Positions 56,268 through 64,000 of a DNA stretch of 64,000 nucleotides are shown piece after piece (position 1 is the stretch's first letter; every line of letters begins with the position of its first letter). The notes below the pieces were generated by a model. The model did not search any database, was not told where the DNA came from, and saw nothing but the letters and a program-made list of their open reading frames with translations. Origin of the DNA: Eledone cirrhosa. Its lineage: Eukaryota. Made by a program: the position numbers and the translations under genes. The stretch spans positions 353,090,001 through 353,154,000 of the forward strand of contig OZ024743.1 of NCBI GenBank assembly GCA_964016885.1, given 5' to 3'.

Positions 56268-56341
56268 TCACCTGACGAGATCAGTGATAATCGATCATGG
56301 CTACACGATCGATTTATCTGTTATTGAAACATGTGTCGTGA
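56268..56341 (+). ncRNA. Hammerhead motif family D (duplicate)
   Basis: Same as 30663-30736. Confidence 0.7.
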
Positions 56342-56382
56342 TTAAAATGATTGGAAATTTATACCATGCCTTCGGATCTTTA

Positions 56383-56475
<93 letters not shown>

Positions 56476-56769
56476 TATAAATTATGTCCTTAGAATCATT
56501 TGATAAGATATATACTCAATTTCTTCTCACAATTAGCATTATCAACCACACAAAAAACCAATTAAACCAGGCTATAAGATTAAAAGGCACCTATGAAGAA
56601 ATAATAGATAAATAAACGATAGCCCTTTATTTGCGATCAACAGCCATAGAATATTTACCCAGCATTTCAATAGCACGTGGAAATCGATTAAATATATCGT
56701 CAACCATACACAATTAGGTATAAAATAAAAAGTTAGAAGAAAAAATGCATATACACATACCAGAATTAC

Positions 56770-56851
56770 GTTTCTACCCTTTAGGGTTTCGTTCGCTTTC
56801 GGAAATATCCTATCAAGGATAAATTCTCGAGCTTCGAACTCATCAGGAAAC
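56770..56851 (-). ncRNA. Hammerhead motif family E (duplicate)
   Basis: Same as 31165-31246. Confidence 0.85.
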
Positions 56852-57254
56852 AAACTCACTTGGACAAAGATTTTTCTTAAATGATCCCCGCCAGAAACGA
56901 ATTCAAAATGGTTAAGAACTGTGACGTGGCAGTGGTCAAGTCAGAAAGAATGTGATTGGTGCCTTACGGCCAGTAGACTGGTTGCTAGAAAGCGCAGCCT
57001 AATATTGCCTAAATTGCATCTCAACCTTATGGAAGATTATCAAATATAAAGATTTACATATACACAAACTAGACAAAGTCATAGATATGTTTTTTGGCAA
57101 CCATTCACGATGTGGCTCAATGATGAATTAATAAATTAAATAATCAGAGCAATATACTATAAATTATGTCTTTAGAATCATTTGATAAGATATATACTCA
57201 ATTTCTTCTCACAATTAGCATAATCAACCATACAAAAAACCAATTAAACCAGGC

Positions 57255-57310
<56 letters not shown>

Positions 57311-57580
57311 CAAATATCTAGATTTGAAAGCTAATTTTTCCATCTATATATTTGATTATATTTGGTCTGTGTTTATGTTTGCCTTTCCAACTTTTTCTCC
57401 CTAACAAATCTAACTTTTCTTCAGACCAATAATATATAATCACTTTGAGCTAATTCTGAAACTATTTGGCAATTGTATATGATCATGTATAATTCTACAT
57501 ACATTTGAGCTTTCTATATATATATTCAACATTGGTAGCTGTTGAAACGGCAGGAGCTCAGCTGTCGGAGTCCCGAATCC

Positions 57581-57615
<35 letters not shown>

Positions 57616-57844
57616 CGTTTCTGAATTTGTTTAGCAAGATTCTTTATCTGAAATCGTGTGTTGAAACCGATATTGTTATACTTTGGGAGGGTCATGTTGC
57701 CAATAAGAAACACACGCACCAGTTGCATTCACTTCAATTTATTATATATTTATAAATTTATAAATTTACAAATCTACAAACCTATAAATTATAAATTTCT
57801 GGTTGGTTGGTTGGTTCCACAACCAGATAGTTGTTTATATATAT

Positions 57845-57889
57845 AGTCATAGTCCTTTCGTCACACACTCTGTGACCTCTTCAGTGACT
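57845..57889 (-). ncRNA. Hammerhead motif family F (duplicate)
   Basis: Same as 32240-32284. Confidence 0.8.
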
Positions 57890-58141
57890 GGGGATTCCTT
57901 TCTTCGTTTCTGTGCCTTTTCTTTCTTCCTATCCTACGCCATTTTGTTTCTGTGTGTGTGTTGTGTGCTCAGTTTGCGCATGTGCCAACTATCTGGTTGT
58001 GGAACCAACCAACCAACCAGAAATTTATAATTTATAGGTTTGTAGATTTGTAAATTTATAAATTTATAAATATATAATAAATTGAAGTGAATGCAACTGG
58101 TGCGTGTGTTTCTTATTGGCAACATGACCCTCCCAAAGTAT

Positions 58142-58258
<117 letters not shown>

Positions 58259-60398
58259 TGAATATAAAAGAAAAACGAACACAGACATATACATATATGT
58301 GTTCAAATCGTAAGGGACCAGATTCGCTAAGGTGAAAAGAATACTAACTATAGACAATTGGGTTTGCTCGATTTGAACACATATATGTATATGTCTGTGT
58401 TCGTTTTTCTTTTATATTCAATTATAATATGCGGCTCGGAAATATCTCTTTCTTAGAGCTATTATGTTGTAAGAGACTATTTTGAGTTCCTAACTCAATA
58501 TATACCTTTGATATATTCAGCTCCGTTAATTTGTTGAGCTATTTCAAATGTCGAATAAATCTGGCTGCTATTTTTAGTGGTGTAAGTTTGTGAGACGCGC
58601 TGAGATGCCATGTGCGCTAATATTATATATAGCACACTGTTTAGTTTCTTAATATACTTAGAAGTGTCTAGGATACTAATTTATCAGCCACTGATGAGCA
58701 TAAATTGGTATTTCTATTCACAATTAATTTTGCGAAACAACACCAAGTTATCTGGGTGATTGGTAGTTACCACAATTCCGGTTTGTATTTATTTTATTGA
58801 TTTTTTCTTAAATTGAGACAAGCAAACCCTATTGTCTATAGTTAGTATTCTTTTCACCTTAGCGAATCTGGTCCCTTACGATTTGAACACATATATGTAT
58901 ATATCTGTGTTCGTTTTTCTTTTATATTCAATTATAATATACGGCTCGGAAATATCTCTTTCTTAGAGCTATTTATTTATGGGGTTATAAATTATATTTT
59001 AACCGAATATTATTTTTGAGTTCCTAACTCAATATATACTTTTTTTAATCTCGCGAACCACTAATATGAATTAATGGTCAATGGTCGAAACAATACTGAA
59101 ACGTACGTGTGTCATATTGTCGATAGATGATACATATGTGTCAAATTCTTTCGTGGATGTTAGTTCTTTACTGAGGAGAAACATTTTTTATGGGGTTATA
59201 AATTATATTTTAACCGAATATTATTTTTGTTTTAGCATAGAGTTACGGCCCTTTCCAATCTGAGTTCAAATCCCGCCGAGGTTAACTTTGCCTTTCATCA
59301 TTACGGGGTCGATAAAATAAAGTACCAGTAATACACTGGGTAATTGCTGGCCTTGTGCCAAAAGTAAAAACAATTATTAATAAAATAATGGATTGGCAGT
59401 ATCGGTAGATACTTTTCAGCATAGAGTTACGGCTCTTTACAGTCTGAGTTCAAATACCGCCGAGGTTAACTTTACCTTTCATCCTTACAGGGTCGATAAA
59501 TAAAGTACCAGTCATGCACTTGGGTCGATTTAGTCGACTTTCGCTCCCCCAAAATTGCTGGCCTTGTGCCTAAATCAGAAACCATTATTAATAAAATATA
59601 AAAACTACCAATAATGTCCACATTTTTCTGCGGACCACCGAAATTTTCTCTCGGACCACCGAGGGGCGACCGCTGGTACAGAGTCTCCCTCGATGACTCG
59701 TGCAATTCTAAGAATGTTAACTCTCTAAAACTGATGAGTAATTCCTTTGCATACGGAAATATAGTAGCATCTCATCCAAGTGGATTCTTACTTCTCATCT
59801 GCTTAGTATTACAGAAACTGGGGATAAGCAAGCAATCACTCTATAGCTCTCCTCGTAAAAGGAATTTTGCCTTGTGAACAAAAATAAAATGAAATCCTTA
59901 TTGAAAAATGATGTTATATATACTTTATCTAAGAAAAAAAAAACATTTAATAAATCTACCTTATAGGTTGATACAAGCATTTTTATTTTGTATATTCTAG
60001 CTTAGTTTTAGCTTTCTATGTGGTTAACGATGAAATTATTGTTGTGGTTGTTGTTGCCAGCTTATATGTTTCAGTGCGAAAAGGAAGGGGTTATAGAGGT
60101 AACATTACGTTTTATACAGCATTAATATTGATTTATCTGCATTCTGCTTTTAAATTATTAAATATTATTATTACTATCATATTTGTTCTTTGGTCTGTCA
60201 AGACGTGTGTAAGTATCGCTCCGTAAGTTTTGTTAATTTTCAAGTATTTACATTGCCCTCATTGTTATATTTTTTTTACAAACGGTTAATAAGGTGTCAC
60301 ACATTACCCTGTGTTAAGGCGATCCCGTAATATTTGGGCCTTTGGGCTCAGATATTTGAACTTTTTTTTTTTAATTATCGTAAAAAAAAAAAAAAAAT

Positions 60399-61550
60399 AT
60401 GACGAACCCACGCTCCCCAACTTTGAGTCTGCTGTCGTGTGGCGGCGGTTTAAACGTTGAGAGCAAACATTCACTTGCGAGCCTTCTGCCTTCCGATAAA
60501 AATTGCAAGGGGTCGAAAACCTCCATTGCTGCCAGCACCTGTGCCGGGACAAAAAACAACATCAGCACCAACAACAGCAATATTCAAGGAAACAGCACCA
60601 GCAGTAGCAACAACACAAGCAGAGATCTTTAAAACCACCTAGGGAGTCGCCCAAACAAGCTCTCCCTCTCCCCCTCTTTCAAACACAGACACACCCATAA
60701 ACACACTCCAATTCCCCTCTGACACAAAGTCCACAGACACCAGTTTCTCCACATCTCCAAGTGAAGATGAGGGGGAACCCCAAAAAGCAACAAAAAAAAG
60801 AAAAAGAAAAATCCAGCTCCACACACACCAACAAGCACAAAAAACACACCCACAACAACACCAAGACCAACACCACAACCGTCAACAACACCGACACAAC
60901 CACAAATCATGCCTAACAAAAGAAAACATACGCAGACACCAACAAATGACAGACACATCCAATTTCGTGTTACCAAGAAGGACCAACAAAAAACTCATGG
61001 CCCTTGTAACACGAAGACAAGACATTGAGAAAAAGGGAGAGATATTTGGCACTTGCACCTTCAAAGAACCCCAAACACTGCTGATGGTGCGGATGCTAAT
61101 AAAAACTTACAAAAACATTAGGGAGAACTTTCCCGACGACGTGGGGACCCCTAATGTGAAAGCCTCGAGTAGGCTTTTAAAGGGGTTCCCAATGGAAACC
61201 CCACAAGCAATAGAGGTCGAACCACCTGACCTCCACAAGCCCCCGGGATGTAAGTAAACCTTTCTTCCCTCTCCTTTAGCCTGCCAATATAGCAATCCTG
61301 TTCGTGGCCTGGGATCGTCCAGGCAACAGGGTCACCTGCTCAACGACATCGGGTCCCTAGATAAGGATGTGATTGCCGTCAACGAGACCAGGATTTCTGA
61401 CACGCACGCACTAGCTCTCAGTTTCGACGACTGTCAGATCTTCGCATCTCTTAGTCGGCCGAGAATGGGAGGTGGGGTAGCAGTGCTATTTAAGAAAGGC
61501 CTGGATCTCGAGGTAAGGTCGATCTTCCGGGACACAGACGGTAAGTTGAT
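60399..61550 (+). mobile_element. L1/Tx1-like LINE fragment (duplicate)
   Basis: Same as 34794-35945. Confidence 0.7.
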
Positions 61551-61704
61551 GGGCCTGAAACCGGTCGAGTACAAAAGCTATTCTATTTCGTTGGGTACTA
61601 TATACCCCGGATGTATATATAATAAATAAAAACAAATTAGGTGCTTTGTTCAAATCTTTCTTTATGCATAGAAATCCGTAATCTTCCAACATTTTGATTC
61701 TCTC

Positions 61705-61807
<103 letters not shown>

Positions 61808-61940
61808 TAGAAAGAATTAAGATTTAGCTTCAGACATAGCTGTATACAGATATGTATTGGCATTTCGTATTTCTAAAGAAACACACTATGTTTATATATT
61901 CTCGACTGTTTTCAAGTCCAGCAGTCGCAAGAGCGAGAGG

Positions 61941-62322
61941 AATCGTCCTGATGAGAACCAATTAAGTTCGAAATGCATCTACGATTGTCACCCTTGCTTC
62001 TGCTGGACACCGCCAGAGGACGATAGCCACTGTGTTTTTTGCATAACTACGGCTTTCTAAATGTTTATCTATAAACATACCATGTTTCTTTAGAAATACG
62101 AAATTCTAATACATATCTGTATATAACATGAAGCTAAATCCTAATTCTATTCTATTATAAGTTGAGCCAACTTATGCAGCATCATATGCAAATGAGATTA
62201 ATCAACTCATTTACATAGACGGGAAAACAATATATTCTCGACTCTTTTCAAGTCCAGCAGCCGCAAGAGTGGATGGGGTCGTCCTGATGAGAACTAGTTA
62301 AGTTCGAAATGTATCGACGATT
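61941..62322 (+). ncRNA. Tandem hammerhead pair family G (duplicate; 61941-61986 and 62277-62322)
   Basis: Same as 36336-36717. Confidence 0.8.
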
Positions 62323-62353
62323 GTCCCCCTTGCTTTTTTAGAAATACAAAATT

Positions 62354-62453
<100 letters not shown>

Positions 62454-62696
62454 GGGGGAACAAATAATAGTTAAATGCAGTCCACTTAGGTATAGTCCAG
62501 TTATGGTATTCCAGGTAGTGGATGATATTAACGCTTGGCTTGGTTTGACTCAACAAGTAACGTTTGGTTTGACTCAACGAGTAACGTGAAAATAAGCGAA
62601 TAGCGATCTCTAGACCTACCAGTTCAGAGAAACAATTGTCAGCTATGAGATTAAAAACCTTTTTTGTATAGCAAACCATGTCAACCTTCTTTCCTG

Positions 62697-62755
<59 letters not shown>

Positions 62756-62767
62756 TATTGCAGGGTG

Positions 62768-62906
<139 letters not shown>

Positions 62907-63043
62907 TTGCAGGGTGTTATATATATATATATATAAATCTGTATTCCAATGTTACTAAGTAGTCGTATTGGATGGAGTCAACCGACGTCGGAGATTGCTC
63001 AACGTATAATAAAGTGTGTTTTAAAATCCGGAGAAAATATGAA

Positions 63044-64000
63044 GAAGAAGTTTATGAAACGGAAATGGGGTATAAAGAATGTATTAGGTAACAATTGTTT
63101 CTATAGTGTATGGGTTACCTATACCTCACTATTTGTATTCGCTAAGGCTAACTCGGACCTCACAAACGAGGAAATTAATATTATACTTGAAGCTAGACGC
63201 ACAGTAGTTCATTTTGAAAATAGTTATTGGGTCCGCAGAGATAGACCCTCGGAATTTGACATTACGATGGGTTCTAATGATTCGGCGGAGGTTACGGATC
63301 TGGTTGGGATCTATATAGCCCACAGACTCCAGAGCGAATTTACTGACCTCCACGGTGGAATCTACCGCGATGATGCACTTCTATTAGTCAAGAATATGAA
63401 CAAACAAAACCTAGAAAGGCGACGTAAAAACATTAGGAAACTTTTCTTAGAACTAGGGCTTAATATTACCTTCGAACACAATCTTAAGGTGGTCAACTTC
63501 TTGGATGTCACCTTCAACCTTAATAACGGTAATATAAAGCCATTTCACAAACTTAATGAAAATCTCAAGTACGTTAATGTAAAATCGAACCATCCCCATT
63601 CCATTATTAAAATGCGCTCCGTAACAACCCTCGCCGATAAAGCCTGGCAGCTTCGGAGGAACAATCAAACATTCTCCCTTGATTGGCAAATTATTTAAGT
63701 TGGGCCTGCATATAAGCAAAATCATGGATTCTGTAAATTATGCAATATGGAGATATACTGCATTTTAACGTCGGAAAACAAACTCTTGAACAGCAAAATT
63801 GAACGTTCACTTTACTGTAACCATCGTTTGAAAACGACTTTTTCTTTTTTAAATGCATGTAATGTTACCTTTTTACACCACCGTTTGCAAATTTTTGTTT
63901 TATATGTTTATACACACGATATGGCTTTCTATAATAATAGTACTAAACACTGTTTTTTGGACCCCTTTAGAAATAACCTGCTACTATAATAGCCCCAATA
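63044..64000 (+). mobile_element. Penelope-like element (duplicate, runs off the window)
   Basis: Same as 37441-38397. Confidence 0.88.

Overview
AT-rich, microsatellite-laden eukaryotic DNA with no recognisable host protein-coding exon. The SINE and 5S sequences look cephalopod or octopus-like, which is my inference. The window is a nest of decayed mobile elements: a full-length but degenerate Ty3/Gypsy LTR element (4-bp GATC target duplication, unusually long tRNA-Trp primer site) inserted into an old RTE LINE, R4/Dong-type, CRE-type and L1/Tx1-type LINE fragments, a Naiad-like Penelope element, an hAT MITE, Helitron-like elements, many tRNA-derived SINEs, and a full-length 5S rRNA copy fused to a retroposon tail. 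Bases 20368-38397 recur almost identically at 45973-64000, directly after a 200-N gap, probably an assembly or haplotype duplication. The main hidden signal is about 10 unrelated families of short inverted or tandem repeat units that sit in (TA)n tracts. Each carries a type I hammerhead ribozyme motif (CUGANGA...GAAA...UH with paired stems), consistent with Penelope pseudo-LTR or retrozyme-like non-autonomous elements. All folds were done by eye and no cleavage activity is shown.
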